A stretch of 64,000 bases of DNA, from NCBI GenBank assembly GCA_029838195.1, contig JALGVJ010000006.1, positions 64,001 to 128,000 on the forward strand, in the 5' to 3' direction. Below the pieces are notes generated by a model. It saw nothing but the letters and a program-made list of their open reading frames with translations, searched no databases and was not told where the DNA came from. Source of the DNA: Promethearchaeota archaeon (GTDB taxonomy: Archaea; Asgardarchaeota; Lokiarchaeia; Sigyniarchaeales; SOKP01). This document shows, one piece after another, positions 20,309 through 29,121 of this stretch. Made by a program: the position numbers and the translations under genes. Position 1 is the first letter of the stretch. Each line of letters begins with the position of its first letter.

Positions 20309-20368
20309 AGTTACTAATAATGATAATAGGTACAAAAAATTAAATATAAAAAAAAAGTTGTAAGACAC

Positions 20369-20656
20369 ATGTGTAATTATTGCGATTGTGAAAACATGCA
20401 TCTTTGTTCCATAGTGGGAACGATTCCTTTAGGCTTTTGTTGCCCAAAATGCGTGTATTATAATGAAGAGCACGCGTGCTATAGATCTCAATGGAACGTG
20501 GAAAGCAGAATTCCTAGTAGCTTGAAAAGTGAATCGGGAAAATTAATATTATTTCCTGAGAAATTTTGTCTTAAAACCGCACGAAACACCCAACTAGAAG
20601 AGCTGAAAGAAGAAGAGACCGAAGAAGAGCTCGAAGTTTATAACGAACATCAATAA
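20369..20656 (+). CDS. Small Cys-rich hypothetical protein (paralog 1), probable metal-binding
   Basis: MCxxCxC-x5-CSIVG...GFCCxKC...HxC shared with the next gene; acidic tail. Confidence 0.75.
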   Translation: MCNYCDCENMHLCSIVGTIPLGFCCPKCVYYNEEHACYRSQWNVESRIPSSLKSESGKLILFPEKFCLKTARNTQLEELKEEETEEELEVYNEHQ

Positions 20657-20731
20657 ATTAATCTGAAATTAATTTAAAAGGAATTAATCCGGAAGGAATT
20701 AAAGATTAATAATATAAAGGAGTGAAAAGAA

Positions 20732-21004
20732 ATGTGTCAAAATTGTAATTGTGAATTTCGTGAGCAGTGTTCAATCGTCGGGTATATTACCTCGCCCGGA
20801 TTTTGTTGTGAAAAATGTTTTTTATATGATGCGAAACATACTTGCTTACTTTCCCGGACGCACTCAAAACGTGCCGAAGAGAAAAGAGATTTAGAGGAAT
20901 TATGCCCTATTAGCACCAAAATTGAGGGGGGCATTTTAAAAGTGGTAATTGAGCAGAAAGGCAAGAGGATCCCCATTTTAATTGATTTGCAAAAACATTT
21001 ATGA
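20732..21004 (+). CDS. Small Cys-rich hypothetical protein (paralog 2), probable metal-binding
   Basis: Same Cys/His pattern as 20369..20656; AGGAGTGA SD upstream. Confidence 0.75.
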   Translation: MCQNCNCEFREQCSIVGYITSPGFCCEKCFLYDAKHTCLLSRTHSKRAEEKRDLEELCPISTKIEGGILKVVIEQKGKRIPILIDLQKHL

Positions 21005-21356
21005 GTCAAAAGAACTCGAGATAGATTTCCAAGGAAACATGAGTTTGAAGGGATTGTCATTCTAAAGGATGCAATTTAGTCATGGAGCTATAATCACTCC
21101 ATTGGAACATTTCTTCATAATTTTGAGAGGAAGAATAGATGCTTTTTTCATGAAATTAGAATGAAGAAAGTATGGCATTACACTATTTTTTATACCATGT
21201 TTTTTACCCTTCGGATTCTTTTCTAAAAATTTTAATAGAAGTGTTTAAATTATGATAATATTGAACAGTTGTTTTACTTGAAATTTACTTGAACTATAAA
21301 AATTCGAACGAGAAGAAAATAACCATGAATCAGAAATTGAGGCAGATGGAGGTATC

Positions 21357-21902
21357 GTGAGCATGGAAGAGGAGGAAAGGGGTTTTGTGTTTAAGATTAC
21401 CGTGATTGGTGATGGCGCTGTCGGGAAAACATCCCTTATTAAGAAATACACGCAAGGAAGTTTTCAGAAAGATTATATCAAGACATTAGGAGCACAATTT
21501 TCAAAATATGACGAGAAGATTAATGGAGATAACGTGAAGCTCTTTTTTTGGGATATTGCAGGCCAAGCTGAGTTCATGTTCATGAGGCCAACTTTCTATA
21601 AGGGCAGTAAAGCAGCGATTATCGTATTTTCCCACGGACCGGGTGAAGAAGAGTCATTTAATCACGTAAAAAATTGGCATGACGATATAAAGCAGTATTG
21701 CGGGGATTTACCCGTGATTTTATTCGGGAATAAAATTGATTTGGTGGACGAGAAGGAGTTGAACGATGAGCCGATTAAACAATTAGTTAAGGAGAGGAAT
21801 TTCCTGGGATACTACAAGACTTCTGCGAAAACGGGAGAAGGCGTATACGAAGGATTTCAGACGATCATTAAGGAGTTACATGCGAGATATAAGGACATGT
21901 AA
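21357..21902 (+). CDS. Rab-like small GTPase
   Basis: GDGAVGKTS, WDIAGQ, GNKID, TSAK; no C-terminal Cys. Confidence 0.93.
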   Translation: MSMEEEERGFVFKITVIGDGAVGKTSLIKKYTQGSFQKDYIKTLGAQFSKYDEKINGDNVKLFFWDIAGQAEFMFMRPTFYKGSKAAIIVFSHGPGEEESFNHVKNWHDDIKQYCGDLPVILFGNKIDLVDEKELNDEPIKQLVKERNFLGYYKTSAKTGEGVYEGFQTIIKELHARYKDM

Positions 21903-21936
21903 ACATGGAATAACGAATAGCGGCTAAAAGAGGAGA

Positions 21937-22224
21937 ATGACAACAAAACGAGGATATCCTGTTATACTTTTTTTCAGTTCGGCGCATTGTCAGCCTTGCA
22001 AGCCAGTTGAAGAGATGTTGAAAAGGATCAACGTGTCGCTGTTTGGCAAGCGATTGACGATTGAGAAGATAGATATTGAAAAGAATCGGCAGCTGACGGA
22101 GAAGTACAGGATTACGTCCTTGCCGACTTTAATTATTGGGGATCGACGGCTTTCGATCCAGATTCAAGAACAAGAAATCATCGATGCGATCTTGAGTGCA
22201 TTCATTTCTTCAGTGAAGATTTAA
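21937..22224 (+). CDS. Thioredoxin-fold protein (CQPC), KaiB-like C-terminal features
   Basis: HCQPCK, IEKIDIEKN..LTEKYRITSLPTLII. Confidence 0.8.
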   Translation: MTTKRGYPVILFFSSAHCQPCKPVEEMLKRINVSLFGKRLTIEKIDIEKNRQLTEKYRITSLPTLIIGDRRLSIQIQEQEIIDAILSAFISSVKI

Positions 22225-22403
22225 AATAAAAATAGAGTTTTTAATCCATGGTCAAAGTAGGTTCATGTGAGGAGAGAAAAAAAAATAACCACCATCTTTG
22301 TTGAAAAAATTTCAGAACATTTAACATGAAAATGAATGAAAAAAAAGAAAAGGATAGAAAATTTAATTAGAATGGTAAAGGTAGCAAGAGGAAAGAAAAG
22401 AAA

Positions 22404-22883
22404 ATGAATCGTGCGTTACTTTCTCAAATTTTGAAAGAGATGAGAGAGCGTTTATTAAAGGGGGAGGAGATAGGCGACATGAAAGTGGGCGCCTTATTAG
22501 CCTTAGGGCATCAGCTCGAGGCGATTTTTTATTATTTAGGGCACGAATTAGGAACGTTTCTTCCTACCCGTGAGGAGAAAGATCCGACGAAGCTTTCGGG
22601 TGCGTTAGAAAAGGTAATACAGGAATATCATGTGGGGGAGGTGCTCATGGAGAAAAACACCCAAGAAATCATTCAGATGAAAATGAAAGGGCATTCCTCC
22701 GTTAAAGATTTAGTGGATAAGGGGATCAAGGCGGAAGGGAATTTTTGCTCGTTTGAAGCAGGGTTGTTGGCGGGTATGGTCGAGAAAATGAGCGGAATAC
22801 ACTGCTTCGCCCAGGAATTGAATTGCAGCTTGCAGACGGGAAAGGAATATTGTCAATTCATGATAGTATTTCAAACGGATTGA
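22404..22883 (+). CDS. V4R domain protein
   Basis: FYYLGHELG, CSFEAGLLAGMVE, ELNC...GKEYCQF. Confidence 0.85.
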   Translation: MNRALLSQILKEMRERLLKGEEIGDMKVGALLALGHQLEAIFYYLGHELGTFLPTREEKDPTKLSGALEKVIQEYHVGEVLMEKNTQEIIQMKMKGHSSVKDLVDKGIKAEGNFCSFEAGLLAGMVEKMSGIHCFAQELNCSLQTGKEYCQFMIVFQTD

Positions 22884-22935
22884 ATGATAAATGATATAAG
22901 GCTAAAAATAGGGATCGTGATCTCTCATCTTTTCT

Positions 22936-23325
22936 ATGGATGATAATAAAGCATTAAAGAAGCATTTGGTTAAATGTCGCACGTGTGATAATTATTATTT
23001 CAAGCATGAATTAATACCTTGCGATATTTGTCAGGAATTTCATTGTCCTGAATGCACCATAATAGCAGGGCGCAAGGGCACCACGTGTCGAACTTGTTTT
23101 AATGATTTGCCGGAGGCAGAACAAAAAGAAATTGCTGCTTTAGCGAAAAAGCTGCGTTTTTGGGCGGGAAAGGGTTATTATTTTTTAATTGTCTTAGTAG
23201 CTGCCACGATGTTTAGTTTTAGCTTGATCCTTTTAAATCGATGGTTTTTCCTCGTGGGACTCGTGTTGGTCGTGATTGATTTTTTTTATGGTTATCGTCT
23301 TTTTAAGTTCCTCTCGAACGGATGA
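22936..23325 (+). CDS. Eight-Cys zinc finger (FYVE-like spacing) with two C-terminal TM helices
   Basis: CRTC-x11-CDIC-x4-CPEC-x10-CRTC, then two hydrophobic segments. Confidence 0.7.
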   Translation: MDDNKALKKHLVKCRTCDNYYFKHELIPCDICQEFHCPECTIIAGRKGTTCRTCFNDLPEAEQKEIAALAKKLRFWAGKGYYFLIVLVAATMFSFSLILLNRWFFLVGLVLVVIDFFYGYRLFKFLSNG

Positions 23326-23418
23326 AATAAAGGGAGATGTCATTATTTAAAAATGGGAATTCTTACTATTATAATGTAAAAAAAATTATCGAATAATAAT
23401 AGGAAGAAGTTTGCTCCC

Positions 23419-23952
23419 ATGGTAGAGGTAGAACCTAATTTTAAGTTCAAGATCGTGCTTTTGGGCAATCCTGGAGTTGGAAAAACGTCCCTTGTATATA
23501 GATTTATAGAAAATAAGTTTAGAAGCGACTACAAGTCTACTTTAGGCGTGAATTTATTGAAAAAAGAGATAAAGTATAATGAAAAAGTAATTTCTCTTCA
23601 AATATGGGATCTTGGAGGCCAAGAATCTTTTCGATCTTTGCGTAAATTATATTTAGAGGGTTCTCATGGAGGATTTTTAGTTTTTGACTTGACCAATAAA
23701 AAATCTTTTGAGGATCTTCCCGAATGGATGGGGGATTTTAAAAATATTAGAGGAGAGCTTCCTTTAATTCTTATAGGAAATAAACGAGATTTATCCGATA
23801 GCGTTCAAGTAGAGGACGGACAAGTGGAAGAATTTGCAAAAACACATGATTTAACCCATTACATTACTTCAGCAAAAACGGGAGAGGGCGTGGAGGATGC
23901 GTTTTTGGAATTGACTAAAAGTATTTTAGAATTAACCGTCACCAACGTTTAA
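23419..23952 (+). CDS. Rab-like small GTPase
   Basis: GNPGVGKTS, WDLGGQ, GNKRD, TSAK. Confidence 0.94.
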   Translation: MVEVEPNFKFKIVLLGNPGVGKTSLVYRFIENKFRSDYKSTLGVNLLKKEIKYNEKVISLQIWDLGGQESFRSLRKLYLEGSHGGFLVFDLTNKKSFEDLPEWMGDFKNIRGELPLILIGNKRDLSDSVQVEDGQVEEFAKTHDLTHYITSAKTGEGVEDAFLELTKSILELTVTNV

Positions 23953-24171
23953 ATAAATGCCTCATTTTAATTAATACATGATTTTCCATTTTATCCTTCT
24001 ACTCGGACTATTTTATTGGGGAAAATAAATTCATGGTTCTTGTTACTTTCTGATTTTATGATGGAAATGAGCGTGCTTTTATCATCTTATTGAGGATATA
24101 TGGGGATCTATGGCATCATGTACATCTAGATAATACTTCTTTTTTTCAATGAAGGAAAAAATTACCTCTTT

Positions 24172-24459
24172 ATGAAACTTCCGTTTTTTGAGGAGCAAGC
24201 AAGAGAATTTCTAGATGCGTTAATAAAACACCAATGTCCAAGGTGTAGTTCTCGTTTGTTCATGGATGATCAGAGGGATTCGGTGTACGTGTCGTGTAAA
24301 AGGGATTATCATCATTTTAGGATATCAGGGTTTAAAGACTTGTATACGGGAAATCTCGTGTTGATGTATTTTAATGATGGGGAGGAGGGAATAATAAATA
24401 AGAAGCTCTTAAAGAAATTTCAGAAAATCTTATATCGAAGAATTCCAAGAACTTTTTAA
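24172..24459 (+). CDS. Small hypothetical protein, possible Zn-binding (CPRC...C...HH)
   Basis: 95-aa ORF between convergent GTPase genes. Confidence 0.6.
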   Translation: MKLPFFEEQAREFLDALIKHQCPRCSSRLFMDDQRDSVYVSCKRDYHHFRISGFKDLYTGNLVLMYFNDGEEGIINKKLLKKFQKILYRRIPRTF

Positions 24460-24583
24460 CGGGGAATTTGCAGAAAAATTAAGAATTTATGGAAAAATTC
24501 TACATTTTTTGAAAGATTAATTTTTTAGATCATTTTATAATTTCTTCAGATTTAAGCAAAAAGGAAATAAAGGGAAGATATAT

Positions 24584-25114
24584 TCATTCCAAGGAAATTA
24601 CTTTTAATATGGATTTAATTAAATTTTTGAATGCGTTTTCCACGTTTTCCCCTGTCTTAGCGGAGGTGATGATTAGTTGCAAGTTTAATTTATCCGCATA
24701 TGCTTGAGCTTCTTCTTTTGAAACTTTCATGTTTACTTTTAAATCGGCTTTATTTCCAATAAGTACGAGGGGCCATTTATCTCCGAGGATTTCTCTAAAG
24801 TCATTGATCCAATCCTCTAATTTTTCAAAACTTTTACGGTTGGTAACATCAAACACCACTAATGCCCCATTCGCACCTTCTAGGTACAATTTCCTGAGAG
24901 AACGAAAGGATTCCTGGCCTCCTAGATCCCAGACTTGAGTAGACACTTCATTATTATCAATTTTTAGGTCTTTTTTCATGAGATTTACTCCGAGAGTGGC
25001 TTTATAAGAATTACTAAATGTATTTTCGATAAATCGATGTGCAAGCGAGGTTTTTCCCACATTAGCTTCACCAAGCAAGCAGCATTTCAAAATCCAATTT
25101 TTATCTTCACTCAA
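24584..25114 (-). CDS. Rab-like small GTPase
   Basis: GEANVGKTS, WDLGGQ, GNKAD, TSAK; TTG start. Confidence 0.94.
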   Translation of the reverse strand: MSEDKNWILKCCLLGEANVGKTSLAHRFIENTFSNSYKATLGVNLMKKDLKIDNNEVSTQVWDLGGQESFRSLRKLYLEGANGALVVFDVTNRKSFEKLEDWINDFREILGDKWPLVLIGNKADLKVNMKVSKEEAQAYADKLNLQLIITSAKTGENVENAFKNLIKSILKVISLE

Positions 25115-25378
25115 TTTCTTATTCCCCCTTAATTTTTCAATATAGTATTGATTTAGTCATCATGACAAGTTAGAAATATTCTTTTAAATGAAAGAATTAC
25201 AAAAAATTGTTATATTAAAAACAAGATCAATACTTTAATAAATCTTTCTACTCTTTTACCAATATTTATCTCAGAGTTCTTCTTTAAATCTCGGGGTGTT
25301 AAATATAATGCTTTCAATATTCTCTACATTCCATTTCAGGAAAAAATTTAAGGTCAAGATATTTTTTTTAAGAAAAAG

Positions 25379-25402
25379 ATCGTGAAACATGCCTTTCACG
25401 AT
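25379..25402 (-). terminator. 9-bp inverted repeat downstream of acyP
   Basis: ATCGTGAAA-6nt-TTTCACGAT, followed by a T-rich run on the minus strand. Confidence 0.3.
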
Positions 25403-25477
25403 TAAAGATACATGCTGCCGTGATATTTTTAGAAAAGGAGAAGGGATTAGGGCTAAGAAAAAAGAGTGTTAAAGAAC

Positions 25478-25750
25478 TCAAAAGGCGTATTCAAAACTCG
25501 TGAATTTATTCGTGGGTTCCTTAAATTCGTATTCTACCCGTTCGACGCGAGCATGCCGTGGACCTTTTTTAGCAAATTCTAACAATTCCAATAATTTATC
25601 TTCGGGGCCTTCAGCTTCAATATAAACGCTTCCATCGGGCATGTTTTTAACATGACCCGTGAGTCCCAATTTTCGAGCGATTTTGCGGGTCGTATAACGA
25701 AAAAACACGCCTTGTACTAATCCATATACTTTTATTATAATCCTTTTCAT
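25478..25750 (-). CDS. acyP: Acylphosphatase
   Basis: VYGLVQGVFFR, GHVKNMPDGSV, GPRHARV. Confidence 0.95.
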   Translation of the reverse strand: MKRIIIKVYGLVQGVFFRYTTRKIARKLGLTGHVKNMPDGSVYIEAEGPEDKLLELLEFAKKGPRHARVERVEYEFKEPTNKFTSFEYAF

Positions 25751-25843
25751 AATCCTATAAGAAAGTCTTCAATTTTTTACGGCATGATTTTATAATTTTA
25801 ATATTAAGTTCTCATTAAATTTAAACGGTTGCATGAAACTCGT

Positions 25844-26977
25844 TCAATTTTCTGTGAGTTTTTTCATGATTTCTATGTACTCATTTAAGGCTTGTGGGGA
25901 TATTTCCGGAGAAATATCCAGAGCAAAGATTTCTTTAGCAATGCGTTCCACGATGGGGAGCTGTATTACATCATACTTCATTTTTTTTCCATAAAATGGA
26001 CAGCTCCACGGACAACCTTTCGGATACCCTAATTTATGTTTAAATAATTTGGTTTTATACAGCGGTTCGGGATATAAGGTTTTGCTCTGGGGAAATTTTT
26101 CTAAAAATTGGGTTTTATTCATTTTAATTATTTCAGGATGGAGTTTACCAATCCAATAATTAAAGGCGGGCTTGCAATAATCAGGGACGTGCGGAGGACT
26201 AATGCCTTTAATATTTTCCACGTTTTTTGATAAATAGAATGCATTTTGATTTCTTTTTTCAATGAATTTATCTAATTTTTTTAGCTGCACCACACCAATG
26301 GCTCCTTGGACTTCCGTCATTCTATAATTCCAGCCAAGACGCTCATACACGTACCAAGCCGATTCTCCATGATGCCGTATCAGCCTACATTGTTCTGCTA
26401 ACTCATCGTCATTGGTGATGATCATCCCTCCTTCTCCCGTCGTCATATTTTTAGAAGGATAAAAACTGAAAGTTCCTAAATCTCCGATGGAACCTACTTT
26501 TTTGCCTCGATACTCTGCGCCGTGGGCCTGACAAGCATCTTCGATCACGTGCAGATCATGTTGTTCAGCGAGGTCCATGATAGGATCCATATCGGCAGAG
26601 ATGCCGGCTAAATGCACGGGAATAATGGCTCTTGTTTTTTCCGTGATCTGTTTTTCAACGGAATTCGGGTCCAACGTGTAGGTTTTCTCATCAATATCTG
26701 CAAACACGGGGATGGCATTATTATGGATGATCGTGCTGGCAGTTGCGATGAAAGTAAAAGGGGGAATAATGATTTCATCCCCTGGACCAATATCGAGTGA
26801 AGCGATGGCTACATGGAGAGCCGCCGTCCCAGAATTTACACCTATGGCATGCTTTACACCACAATAGCGAGCAAATTGTTTTTCAAACTCCCGAACTACC
26901 TCACCTGTTAAAAGGCTGAGTTGTTGAGAGCGTAATACTTTTTCCACTTCTTTTATTTCTTCTTCTGATAATTGCAT
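25844..26977 (-). CDS. DegT/DnrJ/EryC1/StrS family aminotransferase
   Basis: NSGTAALH, FTFIAT, EDACQAHG, FSFYPSKNMTTGEGG. Confidence 0.93.
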   Translation of the reverse strand: MQLSEEEIKEVEKVLRSQQLSLLTGEVVREFEKQFARYCGVKHAIGVNSGTAALHVAIASLDIGPGDEIIIPPFTFIATASTIIHNNAIPVFADIDEKTYTLDPNSVEKQITEKTRAIIPVHLAGISADMDPIMDLAEQHDLHVIEDACQAHGAEYRGKKVGSIGDLGTFSFYPSKNMTTGEGGMIITNDDELAEQCRLIRHHGESAWYVYERLGWNYRMTEVQGAIGVVQLKKLDKFIEKRNQNAFYLSKNVENIKGISPPHVPDYCKPAFNYWIGKLHPEIIKMNKTQFLEKFPQSKTLYPEPLYKTKLFKHKLGYPKGCPWSCPFYGKKMKYDVIQLPIVERIAKEIFALDISPEISPQALNEYIEIMKKLTEN

Positions 26978-27072
26978 GATAGGGATTATCCACCTGATAG
27001 TTTAAATTTGAAGATTAAATTAAAAAAGATATTTTCATTCATGAAGGCATTCCCACATTTCATGATTACAGC

Positions 27073-27711
27073 TTAAAGCATGAGGTAATAACTATCTCTA
27101 TTAGGATTATAAGATATGATTTTCTCTTTGAGTAATGATTTTATCACCGTGGTGATCCAAGAATCGCTGGCTCTTATAGCTTTTTTCAAATCTTTAATGG
27201 TCAATTGATCATTTTGAATAAGGAGGAGAAGAATTTTATTTCTTACACTCAACCGTTTGGAGTTCAAGATTTTCTTAAACCGTTCTTCCATATCAAAAAG
27301 TTTTAATTTTAGGGTCATGACTTCATTACTTAATTTCAATATGACCTCATCCGTGGTTCTAAATACTCTTAAACTGAGATTAAATACTTTTTCCAAGTTA
27401 GCTTTCATGGCTTCTTCCGATTCGGGGTATTTTTCCAATTCTTTATTAAATTCGGCAAGAACTTCCCTATAATCACTACCATTATCATATTTATCCAAGA
27501 CTAATACGATTACTATCTCTTTATTCGGGTTATAAAAAGAAATGGAATTCCAGTTCTCTTCATTCGTAATGATATAAGATTCCACGAAGTTATGGGAGAT
27601 TTGAATCTGCTGAACAATATTTTGGGGAGTTTCTAAATCCTCGGGATATTTCATGTAGACCTCCCCGCCTTTAATCCTATCAAATTTTATGAGAAAAATA
27701 CCCTTAGGGAT
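27073..27711 (-). CDS. Longin/uDENN-like N-terminal domain + coiled coil + C-terminal winged HTH; start extended to a putative ATC
   Basis: In-frame upstream sequence (I)PKGIFLIKFDRIKGGEVYMKYP precedes the annotated Met; wHTH-like C-terminus LTIKDLKKAI...TVIKSLLKEKII. Confidence 0.55.
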   Translation of the reverse strand: MPKGIFLIKFDRIKGGEVYMKYPEDLETPQNIVQQIQISHNFVESYIITNEENWNSISFYNPNKEIVIVLVLDKYDNGSDYREVLAEFNKELEKYPESEEAMKANLEKVFNLSLRVFRTTDEVILKLSNEVMTLKLKLFDMEERFKKILNSKRLSVRNKILLLLIQNDQLTIKDLKKAIRASDSWITTVIKSLLKEKIISYNPNRDSYYLML

Positions 27712-27920
27712 TGTACTTCACATCCTCTTTTAACAATTCCTTTTAAATAATCCATAAACTTTATTAACCTATACCATTAGAAACAAGTTGATTCATGCAA
27801 TGCAATTATTCATGTTCATTCCGAAGCTTCCTATATTTTCTTATTTTTCTTAATTATTTAAATGTATCTTAAATCCCAATAGAACTAAAAAAATTTTTAT
27901 ATGTTCGAATAATAGTACAT

Positions 27921-28208
27921 GTGGTTGAGAAAAACTTGGATGTATATTACGTGTATATCTTGGAAACGATATCAGAAAATGGAGATAAGCATTATTACAC
28001 GGGACATACAAAAGATCTTTTCACGCGAATAAAAAAGCAACATGGAAAAGGACACGGTGCGAGATTTTGCCGGAATAAAAAAAAGATTTCCTTGGAATAT
28101 TTTGAATCCTTCTTAACAAAAAAAGAGGCCATGAGGCGAGAATTAGAAATAAAATCGTTTTCTAAAAAAAAGAAAGAAGAATTAATCAAGAACTTTAATG
28201 AGAGATGA
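27921..28208 (+). CDS. GIY-YIG nuclease family protein (UPF0213-like)
   Basis: YYVYIL...YYTGHTKDL..R..QH..G.GARF...EAMRRELEIK. Confidence 0.88.
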   Translation: MVEKNLDVYYVYILETISENGDKHYYTGHTKDLFTRIKKQHGKGHGARFCRNKKKISLEYFESFLTKKEAMRRELEIKSFSKKKKEELIKNFNER

Positions 28209-29001
28209 ACCCTTCTTGCCCAAACTAAAGAATTTTCTCATTTGTTTGACGGGATTACCGGCGAGTGGCAAATCTTTTTTTGCGAAGAAGTTGAAGGAGG
28301 ATTTAACCTGCCAGCAATCAAATGTTAGTGTAAAAATTATCGATCCCGACCTCATTCGAGCCGCCATTCAAGAGGAGGGATTTGATCCTCGTAAAGAAAA
28401 ACTTGTTAGGAAAAAGAATTTGGAATTAATTAGAAAATACTTGAAAGAGGGTCATGTTGTTATTAGCGATGATCTAAATTATTACACGAGCATGAGACAT
28501 GACCTCAAACAAATTGCTGATGATTTAAAGATCAAATTTATCATCCTTCACATCTCCACACCGGTTCAAACCTGTGTAAAATGGAACGAAAAACGAGGAC
28601 GTCCCATCCCGGATCATCTCATTCATGATATAGCTAATAAATTTGATAAATTTGGCAAATATCAATGGGATCAACCCTTCCAAGTGCTTGATTTATCTAC
28701 GATTACGGATATCGATGCATTCATGAGAAGTTTCATTCCAAAATTGGTTGAAAAAGTCCATGAGATAAGAGAGATTGAAGGCATATCAACTTTATCCTCA
28801 CATTCTGCTCATGAAAAATTAGATCAGAAAACAAGGTTACTCGTAGGCTCAATATTAAAGCAAGAGAAATATAAATCCCATAAGAATGCCATCCTCGATT
28901 TCCGAAAGCGATTCTTGAAACAATACTTGGACGTTCCTTTGGAAGATTTTGAATTAGAAAAAGAATTTAAAAAACAATTACATGAATTCTTAAATATTTG
29001 A
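28198..29001 (+). CDS. pstK: O-phosphoseryl-tRNA(Sec) kinase
   Basis: LTGLPASGKS, DLIR, DDLNYYTSMRHDL, NEKRGRPIP, KYQWDQPF, KLDQKTR..V: the archaeal PSTK pattern along the whole length. Confidence 0.85.
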   Translation: MRDEPFLPKLKNFLICLTGLPASGKSFFAKKLKEDLTCQQSNVSVKIIDPDLIRAAIQEEGFDPRKEKLVRKKNLELIRKYLKEGHVVISDDLNYYTSMRHDLKQIADDLKIKFIILHISTPVQTCVKWNEKRGRPIPDHLIHDIANKFDKFGKYQWDQPFQVLDLSTITDIDAFMRSFIPKLVEKVHEIREIEGISTLSSHSAHEKLDQKTRLLVGSILKQEKYKSHKNAILDFRKRFLKQYLDVPLEDFELEKEFKKQLHEFLNI

Positions 29002-29121
29002 TAGGGGAAAAATTGAAAATGAAACATTTTTTTTACTCTAATAGTATATTCATGAAAATAAAAACACGAAATTTTTTTACTTGATCATTAAATGAATAAA
29101 TTTTTTCGAGCATAATTCAAA

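Noticed and set aside
21002-21079. UGA readthrough extension of the second Cys-rich gene, with nearby hairpins
   Set aside because: The UGA is not in a redox or metal motif and the hairpins lack SECIS geometry.
27030-27070. Possible SECIS after the ATG-TGA gene (ATGA...GA on the minus strand)
   Set aside because: The span between putative GA pairs is too short; it is a simple TCATGAA/TTCATGA hairpin.
27921-28208. GIY-YIG gene as a homing endonuclease or mobile element
   Set aside because: Short stand-alone UPF0213-type domain with no intron, intein or terminal repeats.
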